From Podarcis bocagei (taxonomy: Eukaryota), in NCBI GenBank assembly GCA_964188305.1, contig OZ076886.1: DNA of 64,000 nucleotides; one strand, written 5' to 3'. This document shows positions 37,733 through 50,271 of this stretch, one piece after another. How positions within the stretch are numbered: position 1 is the first letter of the stretch; the number at the start of each line of letters is the position of its first letter. A program made the position numbers and the translations under genes. The notes under the pieces were generated by a model, which had not been told where the DNA came from, ran no database searches, and saw only the letters and a program-made list of their open reading frames with translations.

Positions 37733-40700
37733 CTGCCTTGCTCCTGGGCAGTTAACCTCATCTGCCAGTTCACCTATGGTATCTCATGCTAGTGTTGCAC
37801 TGTTCTTGATAATATTGGAACTATTTTGAACTTGTTTGCTAACTGTATGTCCTGATGATTCATTGCTGTGGTACAGAAGTGGATGCAGTGAACACATTGC
37901 CAGGTGCTGGGCAGTTTCATTCTGATGCTCCTGAATGTGGAGCATCAGTCAGCATGTCCCTGAATTAGAAAAGAGCAGCTTCTCTTCATTGTTTTCTGTG
38001 TGGCAAATAGATCTTTTGTTACTGCCTTCCATCCTTGTCTGCTCTACACACTCTCACGTGCCTCTTGCAGCCTGTCAGTTAACATCCAGCTAGCAATTCA
38101 GTGAGCCTTTCTCATTCCTTTCCTTAGAAACTCCAGTTGAACGTGATATTTTATTTACAGACTTCTTCATTGTGTCTTTTCCCTGTCTTCTCCATCTTTT
38201 GATTTTATTCTGCCTCTTTCAAATACTTTTGAAAAATATTTCTGATCATCTGAAAATTTATCTGAGAATATCATTAGTCACTTCATCCCACATAATATCT
38301 TAGAGCTGATGTACATTTGTAGACACAACCTGAAAGGCAGAGTTTAAAAATGGAAAGTGGACTGCAACTGTAAATAGAACATGGGCAGGTTTCAGTGCAA
38401 TAATATGGATGTCAGTCCCAGTTCCAGATGTTACTGCAGGGAATCCATGTTTTTTAAACTCCTGTGTGCTGTTCACAATTGACAGGGAAACCTGTAGTTC
38501 TGTCATTTAAACTTGAGTCCTTTTAGTAATGTTTAAGCATGACATCCCTAAGACTTGTTATAGGTACATAATGCAAAAGACTAATAAAAAGGACAGTTTC
38601 CCTTAGGTGTAAGATTATATGATTTAATAAAATCTACTACTTATTTCCAGCAGAAAATGTCATCTTAATATTTTACATTTAATCAAATTTGGGAATATAG
38701 AATATTCTCTCCTTAACAAAAAAAAACACCCCTGTTTTAAAAAAGAAATAAAACTTCATGTTCCATCAGTATTATACATATATATTTAAGTGTAGTTATT
38801 GGTGTTAAAACACAGTGGCAAATTTTGTGTTCTGGTTTTTGAATTGAAGTAGTGGAGAGAAAGAAATGTAAGTTTCAAGTATCTTTTCTTCATCGAATCT
38901 GGAAGAAGGAGTTAATTGTCTCCAATTATCTGTAAGGTGGTAGGTGCCTGTTAGGAAGTTGCCTTGCATCAGGTCAGATTATGGTCCATCTAGACCAGTA
39001 TTGTCTACTCTGATTGGCTAGTGACTTTCTTAGGTTCTCAGGCAGAGAAAGGTTAGTAGCACCTGCTACTCAGTTGTTTTTCATGAGAGCTGCTAGATAA
39101 TGGGCCTGGGACTTCCAGCATACCAATTAGAAACAGATCTTCCCTTGTTGGCAGCCCCTCTAACTAATAGGAATCTCCCCCCCCCCCCGTATTTTAAAAG
39201 CTTGCTTGATTAGCAGTGCAACTCTAATCACGTCTACTCAGAAGTAAGTCCTATTTAATGGAGCTTATTCCCAGGTAAGTAGGGTGAAGATTGCAGCCTA
39301 AATCAAGGCCTAGGGTAGAATTCAGGGTTGCACTATGGTGAATGTCTCATCAGTGCAAGTATTGTAGCTTGTGAGACAGAACAATTCCACCTCTTGTCCC
39401 GCACACCAATGCTGCTTTGGGGGTTCTCCCAACTCCCAAGCCAATTTTGAGGAGCATGGGAGGAGGGCTGAGGGGAAAGCCCTGTTATGCAAACCAGAAC
39501 CCTCATGCAACTTGTGCTTATGGGACTCATTAGGTGACTTTCACCCCTAGTTTTATGTGTAAGAACCCCGTGTTCCTCCTTTATTCTGGCTTCAAATTCA
39601 AAACTATGGCTGTAGCAATATCCTTCTAAGGTCAGGAGCATCTGAGCTCAGTTCTATGAGCACTTCAGAATTGTCCTTTGTGTCTGCCAAAACCCTGATC
39701 TGACCTGTTGGCCTGGGTCTGTTCTCCATTCTCCCTGCCTCTTGAGGATAGGCTTCTGCCTTGATTCTTTCTTCCACCCCATCCCTGTTAAATTTTAAGT
39801 TTGTACCTTTGCTTGTTTCTCTTCTGTCTTAACAGGTCTGTGCTGCAGTCTGTTAGCAATTCTTCTCTAGCCTAACTCCTGTCTGATTTGTCTTTCCATA
39901 GCGGCAGTAAACTTATGTATGAAAGATATAAAATTGTGATATTATAAAATGTATATGCTGGAGATACGCCCACTAAAATTGGAAATTGGACATGCTACTA
40001 TCTACTGCCGTTGCCTAGGCAAGAGTGTTTCTGGAATTGATTGTTTTTTTAGGGAGGTGTCTCTGTCTCCCCTCACCCAATGGAAATCCAGGAATAAAAG
40101 GACCTCCTTCAAAATTACTGTTGTGTGCCCCATTTATAACTGCAATAGCACTCAGAAACATGATTTGTGAATATGGCTCAAAATGTACTATTTCGACTTT
40201 CATCCCACAGTATTTGTTGTAGAAATGCCTCACCTCCAGGGTTTTCTAGTGTATATGTCATCTTAACTGAGATGTAGCTGTATCAGGGGGTCTGATATCT
40301 TTCCTTCATCTGTAAGATATAACTTCACAGATATGTATGTGTGAAATGCACAAGAGTTCAACTGCCACATTTTATGCAACCACACATATTTTAGAAGCTG
40401 TAGATTAAAGAGAGCACTGAATGTGCTTGGCATTGCTGAAGCCTGTAGAACACATTAGAACAGTTTTACACCGTGTTGCAATTCCAGTGCAAGTTGGCAT
40501 CTACACTACCCCCTGCCCCCCCCCCAATATTTAGCCTTGTATGATTTCATGAGCCCTGGCCCTCTTCAGTAAGCACACTATTGCATTTCCTATGAAAAAT
40601 GGCTGGGTGGAAGTAGTTTTGCTATTGGCAGTGGGCCAGGAAGGGAAGTCATAGTGCATGTGGAGAAATAACTTGTTGCTGGCCTTCCCTCATCTTTTAA

Positions 40701-40875
40701 ACAGCAGATGTGCTGGAGAAGAGCAGTGTACACTCTTCAGAAAATTGTGGCGGGGAGGGGGGAAATGACAGGCTATTATTGAGGGAATAGCCTAGTAATT
40801 TTTTTTTTTACCTTCCCCTCTTTTTAAGGCACTGAATGGAGTAAGTTTGATAGAGTATCAATTTATTATTGTGTA

Positions 40876-41110
40876 CAGTAGTACCTCGGGTTAAGTACTT
40901 AATTCGTTCTGGAGGTCCGTTCTTAACCTGAAACTGTTCTTAACCTGAAGCACCACTTTAGCTAATGGGGGCCTCCTGCTGCCCCCGGAGCACGATTTCT
41001 ATTCTCATCCTGAAGCAAAGTTCTTAACCCGAGGTACTATTTCTGGGTTCGCGGAGTCTGTAACCTGAAGTGTATGTAACCTGAAGCGTATGTAACCTGA
41101 GGTACCACTG
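40876..41110. mobile_element. MITE family A, copy 3
   Basis: TIRs cagtagtacctcgggtta / taacctgaggtaccactg with TA flanks. Confidence 0.85.
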
Positions 41111-41869
41111 TATTAAAATTAGGGCTGGCTTAACTTTCCTTAAAACCCTAATGCCTTAAAATTCAATAAATAGTATGGATAGAAGAAAGCATCCCTGCTG
41201 CTTGTGAAGCACTTAACCCGGAGGTTTCTGAACATCTCAGATTCACATAAAATACTTAAATAGTAAAAATATAAAAGGATATACTCTGGAATATGCAAAT
41301 TAGAAAACCCAAATCAAGCTGGTTTAAAAAGTGTGCCATTTGTTTCTACGGCTCAAAGGCCTTCCTAAGAAAGACGGTATCTCTGGAGATTTGAATAGTT
41401 AAAGAGACAAGAGGGATGCATATTTAAGATCAGGGATTCCTTCAACTACTATGGGACCCAGACCCTTTGATTTGGGACTTGAACCAGAAGACACAGACAC
41501 CCAGGGCAAATATTACAAAATATATTCAGCCTTCTCTCTGTTGACAACAGCTATTGGGAACAGTCACAGTTTGCACTAGTGAAAACTTTTCAGAGGCAGC
41601 CCTATGTAGAACACATTTCAGTAACCTAATCCAGAGATTATTATGGCATGTATCACGGTGGCTAAATTGTAACTGCCCTGTTTGTGCCAGTACAGCAGGC
41701 AGCAAGCTTACTCTTGGAAGCCTGAGCTGACCTTGAATAGGGTAAGCATCTAATCAATGTCAGATCAATTACTCACAGCCAGTCTTTCTTTGAGCTGAGC
41801 TTTGATTTCTTAGCCCTACCATCAGGGATGTGTGGGAATCTGTTGCTCAACCACAAGGGGAATCCCCAT

Positions 41870-42035
41870 AGCTGACCCAATATATTTTAGCATCTGAGGT
41901 GAACCACAAAGTGGTGCCCCTCCTCACCAGGCAAGAAGCATGACATCAGGAACAAGGGGAGGAGGGAATAAAGAACAAGGTTGGGATTCGCTGCCCTTGT
42001 GGTCACTTCTTTGAGCCTCTGGTGGGCTGGCCCTG
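41870..42035. mobile_element. hAT-type MITE family C, degraded copy
   Basis: Shares tgaggtgaaccacaaa...acatcaggaacaagggg...gattcgctgccc...gggctggccctg with 133-332 and 50073-50271. Confidence 0.6.
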
Positions 42036-42057
42036 AGCAGCCCCTGAATCCTTTATA

Positions 42058-42411
42058 CAGTGGTGCCTCGCAAGATGAAATTAATTCATTCCGCGAGTTT
42101 TTTCGTCTAGCGAATTTTTCGTCTTGTGAAGCACGGTGTCAGAAAAGTTTTGGAAAAGCTTCAAAAATCACCAAAAACCTCAAAAAAGGCTACCACACCG
42201 CGTTCTATGAGTTGCTCCTCGAAGTCAAGTCGCAACTGTATTAACGGTGTTAAGAAAAAGGAAACAAACTTGCAAAAAACGCAAGACGTTTTCGTCTTGC
42301 GAAGCAAGCCCATAGGGAAATTCGTCTTGCGAAGCAGCTCAAAAACCGCAAAACCCTTTCGTCTAGCGAGTTTTTCGTCTTGCGAGGCATTCGTCTTGCG
42401 GGGCACCACTG
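42058..42411. mobile_element. MITE family B, copy 3 (opposite orientation)
   Basis: TIRs cagtggtgcctcgcaaga / tcttgcggggcaccactg with TA flanks. Confidence 0.85.
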
Positions 42412-42496
42412 TAATGCAATGCATGCAGGCCCACTTGCTGCAGCCAAGGACTTGCATGTGCTTTGTGGCCCTCATCCAGCCCTTCACTACTTGGAG

Positions 42497-42745
42497 CAGG
42501 AGTAGGCAACCCAGGGGCCGGATACAGACCATTTGCCATCTCAAGCCGGCCCGCGGACGGTCCGGGAATCAGCGTGTTTTTACATGAGTAGAATGTGTCC
42601 TTTTATTTAAAATGCAGTTCTGTGTTATTTGTGGGGCATAGGAATTTGTTCATTCCCCCCCCCCAAAAAAAAATATAGTCTGGCCCACCACATGGTCTCA
42701 GGGATGGTGGACTGGCCTACGGCTGAAAAAGGTTGCTTACCCCTG
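42497..42745. mobile_element. hAT MITE family D, copy 3
   Basis: Perfect 8-bp TSD acttggag at 42489-42496 and 42746-42753. Confidence 0.85.
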
Positions 42746-44602
42746 ACTTGGAGGCACCTATTTAAGCATCTTACTTGGGTCATCATAGAAGGTGTGAAAT
42801 AACTCTTAAAGGAGCCAAAGCTGCTCAAAACCAGTTCTTGCCTAACGGGAGAACTGGTGTTTTGCACTTAACAGCACTAATCCAGGGTGGGAATTCAGCA
42901 TTGCACTCTTCACTAGCAGGATTCCTTGCACAGACACTGGGTTAACTGAATCGGGGCCCATGCGATTTATGGTGTGTTGTCACTCTTCTTGGTAAGAGTG
43001 AGGCACTGAACTTATAAGGTTCTCTGAAATTAAAATTGGATAAATCATACATGTTGATTCAGCTTCCTTTGTTTAGGTAGCAAAAAGAATCCATTGGAAA
43101 TACCTCCAGGCTGCAACTGAAGGAGTAGCAAGCTGTTGAGAAAGCAGCAGCTTTGGAGCTGAAAGACACCCACAACAGATAGGTTTTTAATACCCAGGCC
43201 CTTTCTGCCCAAGATAGTTTAGTCACTCACTACAGCTGCAGGAGCATAACTTCTAATTAGGGCTGCAATGTGTGGCCAATTGATCAGAAGGAAACCATTT
43301 TAATGGCTTAAAATGAGATCCCCATTTAATCAGTTGGCAGATGTTATCTCTCTTCTTCTTTTTTAAAGATGTGTCTAACAGTGCTAATTGAAACTGCATA
43401 TGGCAAGCAACACTTTAGAAGAGGTATTGCCTCGTAGGTGAGAGAAAATGAACTGCCTCTTTTAAGATGATGCCTTCTGCGACACATCTAAAAACAAGCT
43501 AATCTTTTCTGCAGAACTATTTTTTCTCAGAACCAATCTTTTGCAGACTTAACTGCTAAAATTGTGATTTGTATGACTAAGTCTGCGGTTCCTTTAATCG
43601 ATAGTACCCCAAGTTTGAATGTTCGCGAATTCAGCCTGGATAGCCTGTGCTCTTGATGAACATAACCTGCACCCTTTTGCAATCACTGCATAATTTGTCT
43701 ACATTTGTTGTGTTTAAAGTCTGGGTTCACTTTACATTTTCTAATCCTTTGCAGAGTTTAGCATCTAATGCCATTGGGTGTCTGTACAGCTAGGCTGCAA
43801 CAGATGCTTGTTCTCATACCTCATACCCTCATACCTGGATTAGCAGGTAAAACATCTTACATTGTATTTCCCCAACAGGCCTAGCTTTTGACATTTCAGC
43901 TTCAGAAGAGAGGTTGATGGGCGTGTAAGCCTGCTGCCATATATAACATAATCGCTTAACAGGGTAACATTTAGTTTATGTTAAAACAAATCATTGTGAG
44001 GGTGTGTAATAGTGCTCTCCGTTGGGCTGACTGTAGCTAAAAATAAGAAGAGAAAAATCAATGTTCTGTGCCAGGGAAACTTGCATTTTGTGCTTAAAAC
44101 AAATTACGTCAATCCTGAAACTAATTAATTTGCATAATGTCAGTATTGCACTATTTTTGGTATATGCAAGGTTCAGATTAATTTGGCAAATCAGGATTGG
44201 CAGGGATGGGGTTGGGCAATGGAGCACAGATAATGAGATAGGAGGAGGAGGTTTATGCAGCTGCCTAATTATGAACCCCACCCCCAAAAAAAGTATTTCC
44301 AGGGCATGTATGTCAGTCAACTATTAGTTGAGGGCTCTGGTCTTGACAGTTCTTGAAGGTGGGAGCTCTTCCCAGAAGAGGCCAAGGATTGCCCTTCTCA
44401 TCCCAAGGCTTTGGTTAAATAGCTGTTATCAAGAATCCTCACTGTAAGAAGCGGGGGGAGAGAGAGCTCTTCCCTGTTCTTTCACCCTGCCAAGAAGGAG
44501 CGAGACACGATCTCCGTGCTGCTGTTTCTCCCCGACGACGTTTCCAAGGCGATGAGAATGGAGGAGCAAGGGGTGAGCTGAGCAAGCAGAAGCAGTCGGC
44601 GC

Positions 44603-44620
44603 TCTCGCTAGGGGGCGCGT
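44603..44620 (+). promoter_or_regulatory. CTCF-like motif in a CpG-rich patch
   Basis: tctcgctagggggcgcgt closely matches the CTCF core CCGC/CCAC-NAG-GGGGCGC. Confidence 0.55.
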
Positions 44621-45599
44621 GATTCTTTCCCGCTCGAGCCTCCTGTTGCTTGCAAGGGTTGCACCGCGGATGGAGGCAGATGGGGGTTGAGCGGAAACTG
44701 CGGCTGAGGGATATTTTGAGGGGGGAAGGAGGTCGGTGGTGCGCAGCAGGCGAGGTGGTCTGATGGCACACGGGATTCCTGAGGGCTTCGGCAGCGTGCA
44801 TCCTATTCTACGTCGCTACGCAAGGAACATGCTTAGGTTCCATTCGGATCGAATGGAACAAAAAGGAGTTGCTTTATTTTTTGACCACACACTTCAGTCT
44901 TCTAAGAGTTTTGCTACATTGTTGGGGATTATAATACTTTTAAAGACTCATGTAAGCTCAGCTATCAGTAGATTTGCCTCATTTGAAGGTGTTTTTCAAG
45001 CAGCACGTTGGCCTATGTTTCAGTAGATCTGTTGAGGTTTTAGCAGATGTGGCAATATTGGAATAGCTTGAGGACATAAAGTTATTTCCTTCGTTTTGGA
45101 GGCTCTGTGTGCCTCGGCCTACCTAGTTCAGCCTGTGTGCCTAGTAGCTGTCAGTACGGGGGTTTCTCTGAGCTGGTGCTGCAGCTGCTGTAAATTGAGA
45201 GGAGGGAGGAGGAATCTGCAGGCCTGAAGAAAGAGTTGGGCCCTGTTTATATTTTTTAAAAACAGAGAGAACTAACAGTTAATGATCTCTGTTAGAACTT
45301 AGCAGAGCCGGGGCTGAAGAACTCAAGGGCAGAGGAGAACTGTAGCTTCTGGAGATAGGTTTTGGAGTTCGTTACTGGCTAGGATATGCTCAAATAAAGG
45401 TTTGAAACTGTAGGGGGACATATTTAGCAGGGGGATATATCCTGCTCCCCCCCCCCCCATATATGCCCCTCATCCCTGAGACCACAAACACTCAAACAAT
45501 AATAGCATGTGGTGTCCTGCTTCCTCCGGTGAGCTAACTGCAGTCCATACTGAAAGTCTGCACTGCAGACGCTACTGACCACGGTGTAAAATGGACCAG

Positions 45600-46900
45600 T
45601 TTAAACCACAAGCTGAGTTGTGCTTTGATGGATAACTTTCAGGATGATCCGACGGCCCTGGCGCAAGGGCCCTTAGATTTTTCTTGTCAGTGACCATAAT
45701 AGGTAAGATCTCCTAACTCCTGTGGAGAAACGACCGCTGAAAAGAGGGCAATAAGCACGGAGCAAAGCATGCTTTGTGTTCCTTTTTTGTTGCTTTGATT
45801 GTGCGGTGCGGGTGGGAGAGGGGAATTGGTACCTTTGGAAAATCTGCTTTAACACGCACAGCCACCCAGTCTTTTCCCCTCAAATCCTTGCAGGCAGCAC
45901 TTCCAGCACGTGCTCAGCGCTGGCTCTGTCTGCTCTTTCGGAGGCTCATCTTGTTTACACGAGATTCGCCGTCTCGACATGACAGGCCCCTTAACTCGCC
46001 TCAACCGAGGCGGGTTTTGCTTGCACAACGGGAAGGGTGGGAAGTAAACACGTGGGAGGCTGAAATGCGTTATAAAGGAGGAGAGGAAGCAGCCTCGGAT
46101 GCGGAGGAGTGCTTTCCTCCTTGCCGATTGGATCGAAAAGCGCAAGGAGCTGGGGCGGGGGGCTCCTTCCCCTTTCTAGCCCCGCCCCCTGCCTTGGCGA
46201 CGGGACGTCCTGTACCTCCGACGGACGTGGCTCCACACGGTCGACGCCCGCCCAGCCTTGTCTTGGAAATCTCCAAAGAAGGGCATTTCGCAAGCTCACA
46301 AAGGCCGTTGTTGTTCCATTGTTGAAATGCCCTTGTCCTGACGAAGTTCTTCCTAATCTTGACTCAGAATCTAGCTTCCTGTCTTTTAGAAACGGTGATA
46401 AAAACCATTGTGTTTCTTCCCCCCACCCCACCCCACCCCACCCCTGATCTACCCAACCAGGATGGAACAGGAAGAGCCTTTTTATTTTTCCTTTTTGCTT
46501 CTTTGGAGAATGCCTCGTGGTGTTGCTCGTCTTTTCCTTAACTGTACCTTTACACGTGGTGATTGTGGCTTGCCCCTGCTGTCAGGGAAAGTGGAGGGTG
46601 AAGTGAGGTTAGGAAGAGGAGGAGGAAGAGGCTGGTGCTGGCTGGGTCATTTGAACACATCTCTCTACCTCGGCGCTTAGCAACTCCGCTTCCTTCCCAG
46701 TGACAGCTCCGCCTCTCCGATCGGGAACAGTATGTGGGGTGGAAGGCTGTCTGCCTAATTCTGGAATCATTTACACTGACTTCAGATCTGCCAACTGCGG
46801 CTGCAAAAGGACGGGGAGGGGGGGCGCTGTGGGAGAGAAGAGAAAAAGACGAAGGCCCCTTTGCTATTCTTGCTTTGTAATTTACACAAAGGGGGGGAAA
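45600..46900. promoter_or_regulatory. orphan CpG-rich, promoter-like region
   Basis: CpG-retaining sequence not matching the recognised repeats. ATTGG at 46127; opposed GC boxes at 46152-46160 and 46180-46188. Confidence 0.5.
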
Positions 46901-49900
46901 CAACTCCCTTTTATAGCTGAGTGAAGAGTACTTGAACCTCTAAGGTAGTAGCTAACCAGGCTATGACCCTCCTGTGCTTGTTTGACTCCAACTCCCAACA
47001 GCACCCAGCCAGCATGGTCAGTGGTCAGGGATGAGGGGAGCTGCAGTTGCCTACTTCTGCTCTAGAGGAGTGCTGTGGGCGGGAGGGGGGTAGGGAATAG
47101 CATGGTGTTTTCACTCACAAATGTTTCCCAACGAAGCAGAAGCGCTGATCCTGTCACCTCCTCTTCCATTGAGCATTGTTAAGTGGGAATTTTGGTTTCA
47201 GATTGCCATTTTTAAAGGGGGTTCCAAAATTTGATGAGCTTCAAAAAGGCACAGGTGTAGGGTCACTTGAGGGCTGTACTGTAGGTCCAATGATTTAGGC
47301 TGTCAATGTTCATGGAGCTACCTCATTCACTGCAAGTACAGGTAAAGAAGCTCTAAGGCATCCTCTGCATTCCAAAGTAGCTTCAGGAGGAGATGCTTTG
47401 CAATGTGAATGGCAGGGAGTGTTTAATCCTCCTGCTGTCCACTGTCTTCCCCGCTGCCCCTCAGGTAAACCCCAACAACTTCTCACCTAGCTGATTTTAC
47501 TTCTGCCAGAGTTCTTACCTGGTATCTACCTCATATGAGTACACATTTTTCAAATTGCAACTAAACGAAAATACCCCAGTTTGCAAAGATGCCACCCCAA
47601 AAAACACACTTTGCTCAAGGAACAGAGCAGGTCAAGCTATTAGTTCCACTGTAGTTAATGGGAGAGAAACAGCTGAGTTCAACACAACTGGGTTTAGATG
47701 AGCTGAACTTTTGCTGGAGTGTGCCTTATGAGCTGACACCTAAACTGGGCTTCCTTTTGAGGATGGGGCCATTGAAGTTCTGAAACTCCTTGCAAACAAT
47801 TGTCTGAGATTGGGTGAGGGGGGGATTGATCCCAATTCTAAGAACCATGTCCCAGCTACATTTTCTGCAGTGCTTTGCATGAGACTGGTGAGTGCAGTTT
47901 GTTATCTTGGGAACAGTTGCCATAGAAACAGGCGGAGGTGGATGGATTTTTTCCCCCCAGCCAGCAGGAAAAAGGGGCATTTTAGGGTAAAATCCCTTCG
48001 AATATTTTAACTGCGGAGACTCAGCAGAACCAAACTCTCAGTCCTAGAGAGGGGGTCCAACACTGGATGTTTGGTCTCCTGGAGAAGCACAATGCATCCA
48101 CAGCAGGAGCAAAAATAGGGAAGGGAGTTGCCTGCAAATGGGGTCACGGCAATCTTTGTGTTCCATCAGTCATTGTTATTCATTCCCTATAGACTTATTC
48201 CCACTCCCTGGACAGCCATAATATCACACCTGCACTAGCCTTAATACTTGATGGGGTAAAATATATGAAGCTGCTTTGTACTGATGCAGACCAATAGGAC
48301 TGATATTGTCTACCTTGACTGGAAGTTCTCTATGGCCTTAGACAGGGACATGTCCCCCCTCCTCCCCTAGCCTTGTTCTTCTCTTTTTGATCCCAGTTCT
48401 ACAAATGATGTCAAGTATGCATTGAACTGGTCATTTTTTCCAACAAATGTTGCTACTCAGGCAAAAGGCTTTTGTGTCAGCTTAATAGACACCAAGTTAA
48501 AACACAAATAAAATTCAACATAAATAACACACAAGAATCACAAAACCTTGACAGCAATAAAAGGAAGTCACAGAAGTAGCAATGGACCATTTATCCAATG
48601 GGCGATTCATCCAAATGTCATCCTCTTAAATGGTTTGAATTGGCTCAGTCAACTGACCAAGTGAGTTTCTTTAGGCAAATCATTCCCCGGTGAGGTTTCT
48701 ACTATCAGGGAATGGGCCCTGCTCCTCATTGCCCTAAGCCTTCTTTTTGAAGGGAAAAGTACCTCCTCAAAAGGTCTCAAAATAATGGTGAGAAATGCTG
48801 GAGATCACGGTTAGCCTATGAATTCATGAGATGAAAAGAGGGCAGCGCCTAGGAGTGAATCCTGAAAAGAATAGCCAAGTGTGATATTGCATTAACTACT
48901 TGCTCCTAATTCTAGAGGAAACTATCCTTCAGCTCTCAAAATTGAACCTAACCAGGACCAGTCTAACAGAGGTGAAAGCTAGAGCTAAAATAAAATAAAA
49001 TTGTCCTAATAAACTGTCCCAAGAAGCAACTCGGTGTGTTTTGATATCTGCTAGATTTTTGATATATAACACAGGATGTCAGGGTTTGACAATATAGTTG
49101 ATTCCAACTATTGGACACATTGCAAAAGACTGCTTAATATTTCACTTTCACTAAAATAGTCTATATGACATTATCAGTGGTATCTGATATATATAAATCT
49201 ATATATATGATATATATCTATATATGATATCTATATAAAATTTTTGTATAATTTCCCCCACTATTAATGTATCTATGTTCATCATTTGATAGCTGATAGT
49301 CAACATCAGTTGACAATTATCTACATATCTTCATATTTAAAATCTACATTCCAAAGGAGTTCAGTTAATTCTTTGCAATATTGCAATCATGTTTTTTATC
49401 TGTTCTTGACAAGAATTGTTTACTAAGATACATTTTCTACAAGGTTCATGAATTCATAAAGGCAAATGACTGATCAACAAAACAAAGAGAGGAATAAAAG
49501 TAAATTTGTCCTTCTTAGTGGGTGCTAGAAAGTCCCAATATGATATAATCGCCCCTTAAGTTGCTAGTCTCCCAGGCAGTTCCATGCAGATAGCATACTT
49601 TTTCTGTCCAAAATATATAGTTCACTATGGAGAAAAAAATTATCTGAACTTCTTTGGTAGGAAGGGTGGGATATAAATTTAATAAACAAATAGATATTTT
49701 AATGACCTGGATTGGAGTGCTGCAACAGCGTTCTCTTTAACAAGACACCTGAAGATGGCAACATGTGCAAAAATGAGACAAGCTCTTGACACAGTACACT
49801 TAGAAAACTAAAACTGCCTGAAAATGGAATAAGTACAAGTCTCACTCAAAAGCCCTAGGACACAAGACACATTCCCTCAGAGATAATTTGTGGATAGGGA

Positions 49901-50072
49901 CAGAGCCACAACTGAGCAGCCCCTTTTATTTCTGTCACCCCTTTGTCATGCGCCTGAGGTCTGAAATGTTCACTTGCAAAGGGCATTTGAAATTAGGCTG
50001 TGGGCCACAGGTTGCCCATCCCTGTCCTATGAAGAACAATGTGCTGTCAACATAGCAGTGGTAATTGTGAAA

Positions 50073-50271
50073 GAGGGCCAGCCCAAGACATTTTTGTACC
50101 TGAGGTGAACCACAAAATGGCACCCTGCTCCCCACCAGGGTAGAAACTGGGAGTGAAGATCAACATCAGGAACAAAGGGGGAATAAAGATCTACATCAGA
50201 TTCCGCTGCCCCTGTGGATCCTGCCGCCTGATGCGGTCTCCTCACCTTGCCTCATGGGTGGGTCGGCCCTG
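50073..50271. mobile_element. hAT-type MITE family C, copy 3
   Basis: Homologous to 133-332 along its length; ends gagggccagccc / gggtcggccctg. Confidence 0.7.

Noticed and set aside
43685-43698. actgcataatttgt, resembling the U1 snRNA Sm-site context
   Set aside because: Only ~14 nt match and the flanks do not resemble U1; probably chance.
45774-46325. 183-aa ORF in the orphan CpG region
   Set aside because: Non-ATG start, no domain, and overlapping ORFs of similar length in other frames, as expected from GC content.
49185-49240. AT-rich palindromic stretch
   Set aside because: Degenerate (AT)n low-complexity sequence with no further structure.
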